From Rebecca billardiae RCC1528 (Eukaryota > Protista > Haptophyta), in NCBI GenBank assembly GCA_965240325.2, contig OZ251254.1, positions 124,001 to 188,000 of the forward strand: a stretch of DNA of 64,000 nucleotides. Reading direction: 5' to 3'. Under the pieces are notes generated by a model. It had not been told where the DNA came from, searched no databases, and saw only the letters and a program-made list of their open reading frames with translations. Below are positions 33,605-48,770 of this stretch, one piece after another. Position numbers and translations under genes: made by a program. Within the stretch, counting starts at the first letter, position 1, and each line of letters begins with the position of its first letter.

Positions 33605-34780
33605 TCAGCGCCGCACGAGGGGCTCGCGCTCGTGCGCGCCGTGCGCGGCCGGCGGCGCCGGCCTCGCCTCCACCGCGCCCGGCGCGGGCGGCGCCTCGAG
33701 GAACGCCGCCCAGTTAGCGCGCACGGCGCGCGCGCACGCGGGCGGCGCGGGCAGCGGGTACGGCAGCCGCGCGCGGTGCCTGAGCTCATAGGAGGTGGCG
33801 CCGCGGCTGACGAGGCGGAGGTGGTGGAGGAGGAGCGCGCCGACGGCGAGGAGGACGAGGAGCATGTACGCCAGCATCGCCAGGTCGAGGCTCGACCGCC
33901 CGGCGCGCACCTCCGCCCACGCGCAGCGCGCGAGCGCGCGCGGCGCGCCCTCCTCGGGCGCGCGCGGCGCCGCGTGCGCGCGAGCGGCGCACGCGTGCCG
34001 GTGCAGCGCCGCGGCCGCGTGCAGCGCGTTGGCGCCGGCCGCGCACCAGATGGCGAGGACGAAGGCAAGGTACGCGCGTGCGTTGCCCAGCCCGATCGGC
34101 GCGTCGACCCACGCGCAGTAGTGGTCGTACCGCGCGACCAGCAGCCCGCTCACGCCGCAGCGGTGCGCGCGCCACGCCGCGCGCGCCGCGTCGCTCGACT
34201 CGGCAGGCAGCGTGCGCGGCGGCGCGTGCGCGCCGCCGAGCGCGAGCACGGCGGCGGCGACGGCGGCGGCGGTGAGCGCGTTGGCGCCGTCGGGCGCGAG
34301 CGGCGCGTACCGCCACAGCCCGTGCGCCGAGCACAGCGCGACCGAGTGCAGCGTCCACGCGAAGAAGAAGCCCGAGCGACGGCGCAGCCGCAGCAGTCGC
34401 TGGTACGCGCGCAGCGCGAGCGCGGGCGTGGCGAGGGTGGCGAGCGCGAGGCCCGCGGCGGAGCGCGCCGCGACGAGCGCGGCGCACACGAGCACGACGG
34501 GCGGCGCGAGGCCCGCCAGCCCGAGGTGCACCGCGCCGCCGCCGAACGGCCACGCGAACCGGATGCGGCCGTCGACGTCGGCGAGCACGCGATCCCACGC
34601 GTCCGCGTCGGCGCCGCGCCCGCGCAGCAGCGCGTCGCACCAGCGGTCGAGCTCGTCGCACTCGCAGCAGAGCTGCAGCATGTGCACAACCTCGCCCTTC
34701 GCGTTCACGTACTCGCAGCAGCACAGCGCCGCCGCCGCGTCGGCGGCGGGCGCGGCCGCGCACGTGCCGCCGGCCGCCAT
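33605..34780 (-). CDS. ZDHHC23: DHHC-family palmitoyltransferase (DHYC variant), ZDHHC23-like
   Basis: RYDHYCAWVDAPIGLGNARAY; several TM helices; N-terminal LCCCEYVN..GE..H....CCECDELD..CD as recalled for animal ZDHHC23. Confidence 0.75.
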   Translation of the reverse strand: MAAGGTCAAAPAADAAAALCCCEYVNAKGEVVHMLQLCCECDELDRWCDALLRGRGADADAWDRVLADVDGRIRFAWPFGGGAVHLGLAGLAPPVVLVCAALVAARSAAGLALATLATPALALRAYQRLLRLRRRSGFFFAWTLHSVALCSAHGLWRYAPLAPDGANALTAAAVAAAVLALGGAHAPPRTLPAESSDAARAAWRAHRCGVSGLLVARYDHYCAWVDAPIGLGNARAYLAFVLAIWCAAGANALHAAAALHRHACAARAHAAPRAPEEGAPRALARCAWAEVRAGRSSLDLAMLAYMLLVLLAVGALLLHHLRLVSRGATSYELRHRARLPYPLPAPPACARAVRANWAAFLEAPPAPGAVEARPAPPAAHGAHEREPLVRR

Positions 34781-35330
34781 CGCTTAGGCGACTTGCTGGG
34801 TCATCATCACGATGGCGCCCGAGCAAGGTGCGTGCATGACTCAAGACTTGCTTGCTGTGAGCAGGCCCATCGAGCTCACGCGGAGGGCGCCCGCGGCGCC
34901 TTATTCGGGCATATCATCAAAGCGTGTGCGCCGAATGGCGTCGTCCTAGGGCCTGCTGATGAACAGTCCACAGGGCGGTACGCCCGCCTCAAGAAGATCA
35001 GACATCAGCTGATGACCAGTCCGAACAGCCGGGCCTTCGCCGCGACGCGCCCGACGAACCGCCGCGTGCAGAACACAGTGCGCGGCCGCGAAGTTGAGTG
35101 CACGCTGAGCGTGCGAGAGCGGCGCCTCCGCCGCAGCAGCTGTGGGCCGCGCCGCCGCGATGCCCCTGGCACATCGGCCGCGCCTGGGCCCGAGCGCAGC
35201 GCCTGCACACCCGCCGAGCGCGGCAGGCAGCCCCGGCGCGCCGCGGCCCGCCGCGCCCACACCGAGCAAGCCGCGCGCGCCCCCGCCAGCCCCTCCTCGG
35301 CCCCACGCCCCGCCGGGCTCCTCGGCGCCC

Positions 35331-37701
35331 TCAGAGGTGCGCGAACTGCTGCTTGAGCTGCCGCACCAGCTCGTGCGAGTCGTGGTGCTCGGGGAACGCC
35401 GCGAGCGCCTTGTTTACGAGCTCGTGCGCCTCCTGGAAGTCGCCGAGTTTGAACGCCAGCAGCGCGCCGTTGAAGAAGGGCTCGAACATGTACGGCGCGA
35501 GCTCCTGCGTCGTGCCAAAGTTGGCGCGCGCCGCGTCCACGTTGCCCTTGCGCAGCTCGAGCACGCCCTGCGTGCCACGCGCGCGCGCGCGCGCGCGCGG
35601 CGCCGGCCTCTGCTCAGAGGGCGGCAGGCAAGCAAGCGCCTCGGGCGCCGCACGCCGCGCCGCGCCGCCGCCGCGCGCTCGTCCGCCGCGGCCGCGGCCG
35701 CGGCCGCGGCCACGCGCACGCACCAGGTTCGCGTACGACTCGACGTGGTTGGCGTCGACCGAGATCGCAATCTTGAACGCCTGGTACGCCAGCCCGAGGT
35801 CGCCGATGCCGATGGCGACCTGTCCGACGTTGAACCACACGTCCCCCGCCTGCCCGTCCGAGGCGAGGGTGAGGGCGCGCTCGAACGCGGTGAGGCACAG
35901 GTCGTACTGCGAGGCGTAGAAGCAGCACAGGCCGAGGTTGTTCCACACCTACGGCCCACCCAAAGGAGGGGTGCGCGTGCGCGCGGGGGGGGCGGTGGGC
36001 GCGCCGGGGGCGGCGGGGGCGGGGACGGCGGCCGCGCGCGCGAGGGCCGCGCGCGCGCCGAGCGCGCGCCCGCTCCCCGCCGCCGCTCTCGGCGCCCCGC
36101 TCCCGCACGCACGCACCTCCGTCGAGTGCACGCCCAGCTGCAGCAGCCGGCGGTAGAACCGCAGCGCCAGCTCCGGCTGGTCCGTGTAGAAGTGGTGCGC
36201 GGCCAGCGACGCGATCGCCTCGGCGTGCGTCGCGTCGAGCTGCAGCACGCGCTTGTACGCGGACACGGCGCGCGTCGCGTCGTTGAGCGCGTCGCACGTG
36301 CGCGCCTGGCCGACGAGGAGGGCGACCTCGCCGGGGAAGGACTCGGCCGCCTTGGCGTACACCTCGAGCGCGGCGTTGGGCTGGTGGCAGCCCGCCGAGC
36401 GCGCGCACAGTGCGCGCGGGCGGGCGGAGGGGCGGAGGGGCGGCGCGCGCTGAGCGAGCGCGCGCGCGGCCCGCCGCGCCCCGGCCCCCCGCCCGCGCGC
36501 ACCCGCCTGACCGAGGCGCACGCACCGCCCCCCGCCCCGCCCCGCGCGTGCGCCCACCTGGTCGAGGCGCAGGTACACGCGCGCCAGCTCGAGCTGGCAG
36601 AGCACCGTCTCCTGCAGGCCGAGCGCGGACCGAAACTGCTTCTCCGCGTCCCGATACAGCCCGAGCTGGAAGTAGCACTTGCCCAGCCTGCGGGGGAGGG
36701 AGGGCGTGAGCGCGCGCGCGCAGCCGCGCGCCGCACCGCGCGCGCGCCACCCGCGCGCGGGGACAGCCCGCGGCAGCGCCGGCAGGCGCGCGCACGGCGC
36801 ACACACCGCGCGCGCACGGCACGACACGGCGGCCGCGCGCGCAGCCGCGCACCGCTCCTTCCACCACCAGTCGGTGTAGTCGTTGGCGACGGTCGCGTGC
36901 GCGGCGAGCTCGAGCGCCTTCTTCGGGTTGTGGTCGTGGTACCTGCGCGGCGCCGCGCGGCGGCAGCGCGCGCGGACGCGCGCCCACACGTCGCTCGCGC
37001 GAGGCGAGCGCGCCGCATCGCGCCGCATTGCCGCATTGCGCCGCATCGCGCCGCATCGCGCCGCGCGCGCACATGATGTACTCGAAGAGCGCGCGGGCGA
37101 GCGCGGGCCGCTCGGCGTACTTGCGCAGGTCGAGCTTGTCCACCACGATGAACGGCCCGCCGCCCACGCCGCCCATCGCGCTCGCGAGCGACGCGGTGCC
37201 GAGCCGGACGAGGCGGCCGAACGACGTCATCGGGCGCGAGGTGCCGGGGCGCGCGCCGGCCATGGCGGCGGCGACGCCGGCGCTGGTGCCGCCGCGCGAG
37301 GCGGAGGAGCCGGGGCGCGCGCTCCCCGTCCCCGGCCGCGCGAACCCCGTCGTCGGCCGGCCGGACGCGGACGTCGGCCGCACGCTCGCGCTCAGCCCGC
37401 CGCCGGCCGCGCCCGTCATCGGCCGCGAGAGCGACGTGCCCGGCCGGGGCATGGAGGCGGTGGCGTTGTCGTCGAGCAGCACGTCGGCGACGCCCTCCTC
37501 GTCCACCTCCACGTCGTCCACCCAGTTGAGCAGCGTGAGCGCGCGCGTCTTGAGGTACCACGCCGCCTGGTCGTACGGCTGCGCCTCGAGCAGCTGCGAG
37601 CACAGCGCGGCGGTCGCGGCGTAGTCGCGCCGGTTGAAGCGGGTGAGCGCGATGAAGAGCGGGTCCACGCCGGGCGGCACCCGCGGCGGCTCCGCCATCA
37701 T
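35331..37701 (-). CDS. BBS8: BBSome TPR subunit BBS8/TTC8, 6 exons (37701-37073, 36942-36853, 36687-36558, 36380-36117, 35948-35724, 35567-35331)
   Basis: PYDQAAWYLK, RPGTSL, RLVRLGTAS, DWWWK-RLGKCY, QPELALRFYRRLLQLG, WNNLGLCCFYASQYD; all introns GT-AG and frame-consistent. Confidence 0.95.
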
Positions 37702-38905
37702 CCCCCGCCCGCGCGCGCCGCCGCACGCGCCGCCACCACACGCCGCGCGGCCCCGCGCTGCTGGGCTTGCTTGGCCCGCGCGTGCAACGGCGCTCTCAAG
37801 GGGCCGCCCGCGCGCACCCGGTCGATCAGTAGGTTTTTTGTTGTTGTTTTCAGCAGGCGCTGCAGCGAATACAGTTTACTAAGAATAAGAGACGCTATAT
37901 CTCTTTGTTGGCCGCGGGGAAGATACGCTAGCGTCAAGGGCCCTTGCTAGCGTATCTTCGATGGCACCCCGGCGCGCGTGAGCTCTGACGGCGCGTAGGA
38001 GGCGCGCGCGAGGGCGGCCGCGGGCGCGATTGATGCCTGGGACCTCAACGACAACTCACATGACGAGACCTTCTCTTCTGATGCCGACAACGGCCCTCCA
38101 GAGGCGACCGCGCTCGACGACGGTCGTGATTTGGACGACTGCGGCGCTGCGCGGCGTGAGGCGGAGGAAAGCGGCGCGGCGCAGGGCTTCGAGCGGGCTG
38201 TGGCGATGGAGCAACTTATCATCGTCAACGCCATCGCCCCGAGTGCCACCGCGCTGCCGCACGCCACTCCAGTTGCGCCAGTGCAAGCTACGCGCGGCCG
38301 CTGCGGCACGAGCCGTGGGCGTGGCCAGCAGCGCGGTGGCCGCGGTGCCTGAGCAGGGCGTTGCAGGTGCGACCAGCGCGCCGCTGCCACCGCGCGCTCG
38401 CCAACGGTTGATGGAGTCGCGAATGCCGTACGTCCCGCCGACTAGCCCGCCCTGTGTGCTGTCGCCATGACCCCTCAGTGCTGTTGGTCGTCCAACGACG
38501 AGCCGCCGACGCCGGGCCGCCGAGCGCGTCACTTAGCGTGTCACTCACTAATCCGGCATCTGGGTCAACCAGGTCCCCTGACTGAGTCAGCTGCGCTGCC
38601 CATCTCAAATGGGCCTCAACGGCGCCGCTGACGTGGCTGTCAGCCAATCAACCATATCACTTATCCAACTGCTAATCAGATGATCAGCATATGGAATAGA
38701 GATGATGAGTTATTGAGCAGACCCTATGCCTTGCCTCACCAGCAGCCTTCGGTGTTTATCGCACCAGAACGTCAGTCGTGGAGCTCTCTGACGTGCGCGG
38801 CGCTTGCTGCCCATTAAGTCAATCATGTTGCTGGGCACCTCCTGGGGCACCTCTGGCTGAAGTCGTAGCCTCTGAGGTCTCGAACATATAGCCGGCGCTA
38901 GCGTA

Positions 38906-40714
38906 CAGGCATTGGCAAGGCTTCGCGCGGGCAATATGTTAGATATAATAAGTGTCGAAGGGAATGAAGAGCCCGAAACGACTGAGCTAAATCGGTTGGC
39001 GCGAACCGATTTAGCTCAGTCGTTTCGGGCTCTTCATTCCCTTCGACATAACCGTAAGTCTCCTGTGGGACACCCCGCGAGGGGCTGTAGTCCCGTCCAG
39101 TGTTCTGACGGATTTGTTGTCGAGGTTTTTCTCTCCCCGCCTGGTCTTTCCCAGGTGTTCCACCCTGCGTGCTCGTCTGCTCTGTGGCTTTGTAGAGACT
39201 CCGTCTTTTGTGGGCGGTGAGCCCTTCTTTGCTGCTGTGGCTTTGTGAGGCTCTTTTTGTGTCTTTGTTGTTCACCCGGGCGACTGTACCCGGAGGTTGC
39301 GCGTCGCGGACCGTGCTCGTTTTTTTTTTTTGTCGTCGTCTTTCTTTGTCGGTCATCTTCTTCGTGCTCCCCTCTTTCGTTCGTCTTTTTGCCGACTCCT
39401 CGCTTTTCATTCCCCCCCGGAGCCGCGAGGCTCTCGCGAGGTCGAAAGCGCTTCGCGTGAAAGGCCAAGAGTTGCCCGCGTCGGTCGGTCGCTGGATTCG
39501 AACAGGTGACTTTACGGTTGTGTCGAAGGGAATGAAGAGCCCGAAACGACTGAGCTAAATCGGTTCGCGCGAACCGATTTAGCTCAGTCGTTTCGGGCTC
39601 TTCATTCCCTCGGACATAACCGTAAAGTCACCTGTTCGAATCCAGCGACCGACCGACGCGGGCAACTCTTGGCCTTTCACGCGAAGCGCTTTCGACCTCG
39701 CGAGAGCCTCGCGGCTCCGGGGGGGAATGAAAAGCGAGGAGTCGGCAAAAAGACGAACGAGAAAAAGAGGGGAGCACGAAGAAGATGACCGACAAAGAAA
39801 GACGACGACAAAAAAAAAAAACGAGCACGGTCCGCGACGCGCAATCTCCGGGTACAGTCGCCCGGGTGAACAACAAAGACACAAAAAGAGCCTCACAAAG
39901 CCACAGCAGCAAAGAAGGGCTCACCGCCCACAAAAGACGGAGTCTCTACGAAGCCAGAGAGCAGACGAGCACGCAGGGTGGAACACCTGGGAAAGACCAG
40001 GCGGGGAGAGAAAAACCTCGACAACAAATCCGTCAGAACACTGGACGGGACTACAGCCCCTCGCGGGGTGTCCCACAGGAGACTTACGGTTATGTCCGAG
40101 GGAATGAAGAGCCCGAAACGACTGAGCTAAATCGGTTCGCGCCAACCGATTTAGCTCAGTCGTTTCGGGCTCTTCATTCCCTTCGACAATAAGTCAGACA
40201 ATTTACTCATCACGCGGCTAGTCTACGACTCCGGGTTTCGTCTTATAGCCGTTCGGTAGCCCGAGCGCCTACAGCAGAGTCGTCTCAGTTTCTTATAGCT
40301 AGGTCCGCCCGCCGCGCTGGCGCGGGGGGCGCAGCCTGGGGGCACAGCCCCCCGCTGAGTCTTTAGGCCCGGCCGGCGAGGCCGAAGAAAACTTTGGGCA
40401 ATTTTGGAGCAAATCTGGCATGATGTTGCATGGATGCTGCGGTGCACTGGGCAGGAGTCAGTCATCAGGAGACTCAGTCGGGACTTGGCCTGTACCGTCG
40501 TAGTCGGGCCGCGCGCCGCGTCCCACGGGCACTGCGCCTCGGGCCCTCGGCGGACCACTCATCGGCCGCGGGCGACGTAGCAGTCCCGGTTTCTTAGTGT
40601 GACTATGCGTATAGCGAACCAACCAATCGCTAGTCTCAGTTTCTAGGCCAGATCTGCAGATAGCAAGCCCCAGTTTCTTAACGTGACAGGTTCTTACTTG
40701 CCCGCGATTGCCTG
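38906..40714. mobile_element. Second (inverted, diverged) copy of the 551-bp MITE, interrupted in its TIR by the palindromic element
   Basis: 40194-40714 is the reverse complement of the 30178-30728 body; remnant TIR TA|CAGGCA...CGCGGGCAATA at 38904-38936. Confidence 0.8.
38953..40188. mobile_element. 1236-bp palindromic non-coding element: hairpin-arm-hairpin-inverted arm-hairpin
   Basis: 96-bp hairpins at 38953-39048, 39521-39616, 40093-40188; TG...CA ends; TSD ATAAG at 38948-38952 and 40189-40193. Confidence 0.9.
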
Positions 40715-40987
40715 TACTACCGGCACCTGACTGAATCAAAAGTGAAAAGGACGAAGATATATACGCTAGCGTCCTTGGACTTTTATTGGACGGTTCCGGC
40801 GGTCGGACGGTCGCCTACGGCACCTGACGCCCAAACCCGAGGCGGGTCCCAAGGTTTTCGAGGTCGCTGAACGCATTTGCCGCTGGGGCCGAGGTCTGAA
40901 AACCAAGCGCGATTGCGCGGCGCGTTATTTTTCGTCGCGATTTTGTGCAGTCGGAAGGACGCTGCTAGTGACGGTATCTTCGGCCAA

Positions 40988-41127
<140 letters not shown>

Positions 41128-41131
41128 ATAT

Positions 41132-41414
41132 TGTCGAAGGAGTTGAAGAGCCCGAAACGACTGAGCTAAATTGGTTCGCGCGAACCGATTTAGCTCAGTC
41201 GTTTCGGGCTCTTCATTCCCTTCGACATAATAACCGTAAGTCTCCTGTGGGACACCCCGCGAGGGGCTGTAGTCCCGTCCAGTGTTCTGACGGATTTGTT
41301 GTCGAGGTTTTTCTCTCCCCGCCTGGTCTCTCCCAGGTGTTCCACCCTGCGTGCTCGTCTGCTCTGCTCTGGCTTCGTAGAGACTCCGTCTTTTGTGGGC
41401 GGTGAGCCCTTCTT
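41132..41414 (+). mobile_element. Truncated, diverged copy of the hairpin element (one hairpin plus part of an arm)
   Basis: Matches 38953-39230 with a few substitutions and small insertions. Confidence 0.88.
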
Positions 41415-42167
41415 GTTTTGTGTGATCGGCTCATGTTTCGTTCATTTCAGAACCATCTCGAATATGCTTCGAGATGCAGCCGCCAGCCATGCTGTCCTGC
41501 TGTATTTTTGGATGAGGTTCAGGTTGATTTTGGATGATTTTGTGCGAGCGCCGCCGCAGCGGTCGCGCCGCCACTGTGTGACTGCGAGTAAAATGTCGTT
41601 GGATTGGAAATTGGAAATCACTGTAGATTGGCGATTCCTTTGACACATATTAGTTTCAGTGCTGCTGCCTCCTGCGCTCGTCTCGCTGATCGGCCGACGA
41701 TGACGATGTCGCCGGATGCACAGACACACGCTCTGGTGTCCATCCGCGTGCCCTCGACGGTCAGTCGGTGTCTCCGTGTCTGGGACTCCGTGGATCCGCG
41801 CGATGAGACCGATGATCGGATGCCCACTCATGGCCCGGCCGTGTTCGTTCCGCGACGGGACTACCGCGGTCCGTGACCGGCCGGGTACGGCTAGACCGAG
41901 TAGACCGGATAAAGAGTGCACTTGCGCATGTTAATCGAGAGTGCCGATCGGACTACGTACACACTCGGTCAACACTGAACACAGCGCACGTTCACCACGT
42001 ACGTCAGCACAGCTCGCACGCCTGCGCACGGGCTGATGACAGCGGCCAGCGGGCCTCGGGCTCGGTGCCTGATGGCATCACTTGGCTGTTGGCAGCGAGG
42101 CCCGTCGTAGTAGACTGAACGTAATAAGTGTAAGGACGGCAGCGGCACGCAGTCGCACGCGACGCAC

Positions 42168-43604
42168 TCACAAGCCTGCGCGCGAGCAGCGCACCCGCCA
42201 CGGGCCGGTTGCTGAGCACGGCCCAAAGCGCATCAGGGACGGCAGCTGCGCCACGCGCTGCGGCGTCGGGAGCGATCCGAGATCGTCGCCCCGCCCCAGC
42301 ACGCCCGAATCGCGTGCGCCGCACGCATGCGCACCGCCATCCGCTGTGACGTACAGGGCGTGCGATCCGCCGAAAGCGCAGTCGAGCACGCGCGCATGCG
42401 CGAGGCCCTCCACCCGTTCGGGCAGCGCGCGATCGTCTCGGTCCCCCAGCCCCAGCTGGCCGTGGTCGTTGTACCCGAACGTGTGCACGCTGCCGTCCGC
42501 GCACACCACCGCGCTGCTGCCTGGGCCGGCGCACACACGCACGGCGCGCACGCCCGCAAGTGCTTCGATGCGTGTGGGCCTCAAGCGAGGGGCGACGTCA
42601 CCATGCGCCGCGTCACCGAGGCCAAGCACGCCATCGCAAGGGCCTCCGAAGGAGTGCACGCCGCCCGCTGCGTCCACCACCAGGCTGTGCCGTCGGCCCG
42701 CGCTCACGTGCACGGCGCGCACGCCCGCGAGCGCGTCGACGCGCCGCGGCGTGCGCTGGTCCAACGTGTCGCCGTGGCCGAGGCGGCCGCGATTGCCGTC
42801 GCCGCACGAGTACACGGCGCCGCACGCCGAGAGCAGCAGCGTGTGACTCCAGCCCGCGGCCACGCCGCCCACGCGCACGCCGTCCAGCGCCGCGATGCGC
42901 TTCGGCTCCAGCGGGTGCCCGTTGTCGTCGTGACCGAGCTGGCCACAGTCGTCGAAGCCGCAGCTGTACGCTGAGCCCGCAGCCGTGAGCGCCAGGCTGT
43001 GGCGCCCACCAGCAGCAACGCCGACGATGAGCTCCGCACCCAGCGCCGCCACCTGCACGAACGCCCGTCGCTCAGCCCTGTCGCCCACGCCCAGCTGGCC
43101 GTGGTCGTTGCCGCCGCACGCGTACACGGCGCCCGCCTCGCTCAGCGCGAGCAGATGGTCACCACCGGCTGCCACTGCACGCACGCGCACCGTCTCCAGC
43201 GAGCCAATGCGCGTCGGCACGCGCACGCGCGTCGGCCTGTTGAGGTCGGGATGGCCCAGCGGTGCGCCGCACGTGAGCACGCCGCCGTCCGCGGCGACAA
43301 AGGCGGAACATTGGCCGGCGCCGACGACGTTCATGTGCGCGTGCGCGAGCTCGATCACGCGCTCGCGCGCGAAAAGCTCCTCCGCCCACGTGCGCGCGCC
43401 CGCCGGGAGGGTCGCCGGCAGCGCGGCCTCATGCCCGCGCACACGCGCGCGCTCGCGCAGCGCGTGCTCGAGCGGCGCGCCGCGGAAGAGGCGCGCGGCG
43501 GCGTTGGCGATAGCGAGGTCACGCACGCTATCGAGGTGGGCGAGGATGCGCGCAATCAGCTCGGGCGGCACGTCAGTGAGCCGCGCCTCGGCGCGCGGCG
43601 GCAT
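42168..43604 (-). CDS. F-box + RCC1-repeat (UVR8/HERC-like beta-propeller) protein
   Basis: F-box-like LTDVPPELIARILAHLDSVRDL; repeated VAAGGxHSLAL...VYxCGxNxxGQLG units; probable start MPPRAE at 43604. Confidence 0.88.
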   Translation of the reverse strand: MPPRAEARLTDVPPELIARILAHLDSVRDLAIANAAARLFRGAPLEHALRERARVRGHEAALPATLPAGARTWAEELFARERVIELAHAHMNVVGAGQCSAFVAADGGVLTCGAPLGHPDLNRPTRVRVPTRIGSLETVRVRAVAAGGDHLLALSEAGAVYACGGNDHGQLGVGDRAERRAFVQVAALGAELIVGVAAGGRHSLALTAAGSAYSCGFDDCGQLGHDDNGHPLEPKRIAALDGVRVGGVAAGWSHTLLLSACGAVYSCGDGNRGRLGHGDTLDQRTPRRVDALAGVRAVHVSAGRRHSLVVDAAGGVHSFGGPCDGVLGLGDAAHGDVAPRLRPTRIEALAGVRAVRVCAGPGSSAVVCADGSVHTFGYNDHGQLGLGDRDDRALPERVEGLAHARVLDCAFGGSHALYVTADGGAHACGARDSGVLGRGDDLGSLPTPQRVAQLPSLMRFGPCSATGPWRVRCSRAGL

Positions 43605-43640
43605 CGATCGTCGAGTTAGGATGAGGGCGGGCGAAAGCGT

Positions 43641-43795
43641 ACTGTCTGTGGCCGAGTGGGAGTACTGGCGTGCTCTTGCGTCTGAGGTCATGGGTTCAAA
43701 CCCCCAGTTTCCAGGTCTCTCTTCGGAGAGCGTGCGATGAAGGATGGCGCGGCAACCTGCCACCGTGAGCCTTACGCACGTTAAAACAAATAAAC
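43641..43795 (+). mobile_element. tRNA-derived SINE-like element or degenerate tRNA
   Basis: A-box TGGCCGAGTGG (43649), B-box GGTTCAAACCC (43693), structured 3' part, A-rich tail; the cloverleaf does not close. Confidence 0.5.
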
Positions 43796-45223
43796 TGTAA
43801 GCGAACGACGGTTGGCGAGCCGCGGTGCCGCGAGCGCCGAGCGGCGGCGGGGCCGGCCCGGGCGGGTGGGTCCGGCCGGGGCGGTCCGGCTGGCTCACGC
43901 ACGGCGCACCTGGCTTGTCCCCTACACCCCTGGCTCGGGGGACGGCTGCCGTGGCGGCGGTGGGTGCGTGCTCGCCGAGCGTCCTAGCGGTCGATTGCGG
44001 GGCGTTCCGTGGCGGCACGCTGGGCGGGGCGGGCCCCAAGACGTAGGGGAACGTCGACAAACCAGCCCGCTGATGTCTCTCGTCGCTCGTCGCCCTTGCG
44101 GTTGGCGCGCGCAACCACTTGCGGGCTTGACCTTGTGCGAGCGGTCACTTCCTGCCAGCCGACTCGACATTTGGGGAGCCTGGGCGCGATGAGATGGCTC
44201 GGGGAGGTGGGGGTATGTATGTGCAATGTATACGTACACGCGCGCTGGACGTCCGACCCCGCACGCCGCCTGAAAGAGGTCACGTTTGGCACGCGCCGCG
44301 CTCTTGCATTTCAAACGCGTTGTGCCGCACGACATTCCAGAGGCACAGATCACTGATCGAACTGCTTTTCTGGTCGCCGATAGCACATATCAGCCTACCC
44401 GACTAGCCCCATGCGTCACGGCCGGGTCTTGAGTGCTACGGCACCACTTGTAGCAGCTTCTTGCACGCTAGGCACTGCCACAAGCGCCGCGAGCCAGCTT
44501 CGTGAGCATTTGAACGCAGACACAAGGTGCCGAGGCAGTCTTCCGGGCGAGGCAATGGCATGGGAGTCAGCGCCTGGTGTTGTACAAGCAAGGTGACGGC
44601 GCGCACACGCGCGACTACGTGCCACAAGGTCTGCGATACCCGCGGGCCGCCACGCTCGCGCGCCCGTCGCTCCTCCAGCCGCCGCTTGGCGACGCAGCCC
44701 GGACTCACCGCGGCACTGGTCGTCGCCGCCCGGACAATGAGGGGGGGGGGGACCTCGTTGACGAAACCCAGGGGTTTAGGAGACAAGCACCTGGGCAGAC
44801 TGGGCTTTGCTCCTCCACTGCTCCAGCCTGGCAGTCCTGCCGATGTTCCGATGCACACCGGTGACCGTCCCCGCGGCGGGCCGGCCGCCAGCGAGCAGCG
44901 TCATCATCCGATATACCGTGAGTACTAGCGCTACCGTATAGCAGCTGCTAGTCCGATCGTCCACCATACGCGCATGCCATGCTCATCGTCGGATATACAG
45001 TAGTGTCCGTGCTGCCACGCACCATTGCCCGTCTGGCACGGCGCCGGGCGCCGCGGGCGCGGAATCAGTCAGTCCGCCCGGCCATCCCGCCGGATCCAGC
45101 CAGCCAGTCGGAGCCCGAGAGGTGCCGCACTGGCACCGCAGGACTCGTCAGTCGGCGCCCGTTCCGCGCACAGGCCACGGTGGCCGTGCGGCTCTCGGCG
45201 CGCGACACCGCCCGAGTGGCTGG

Positions 45224-48770
<3,547 letters not shown>

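Noticed and set aside
38960-38985. Hammerhead-like ATGAAGAGCCCGAAAC in the 96-bp hairpin
   Set aside because: C3 is missing, stems I and II do not form, and the sequence is sequestered in a near-perfect hairpin.
43641-43713. Functional tRNA gene
   Set aside because: Acceptor and anticodon stems do not pair; kept only as SINE-like.
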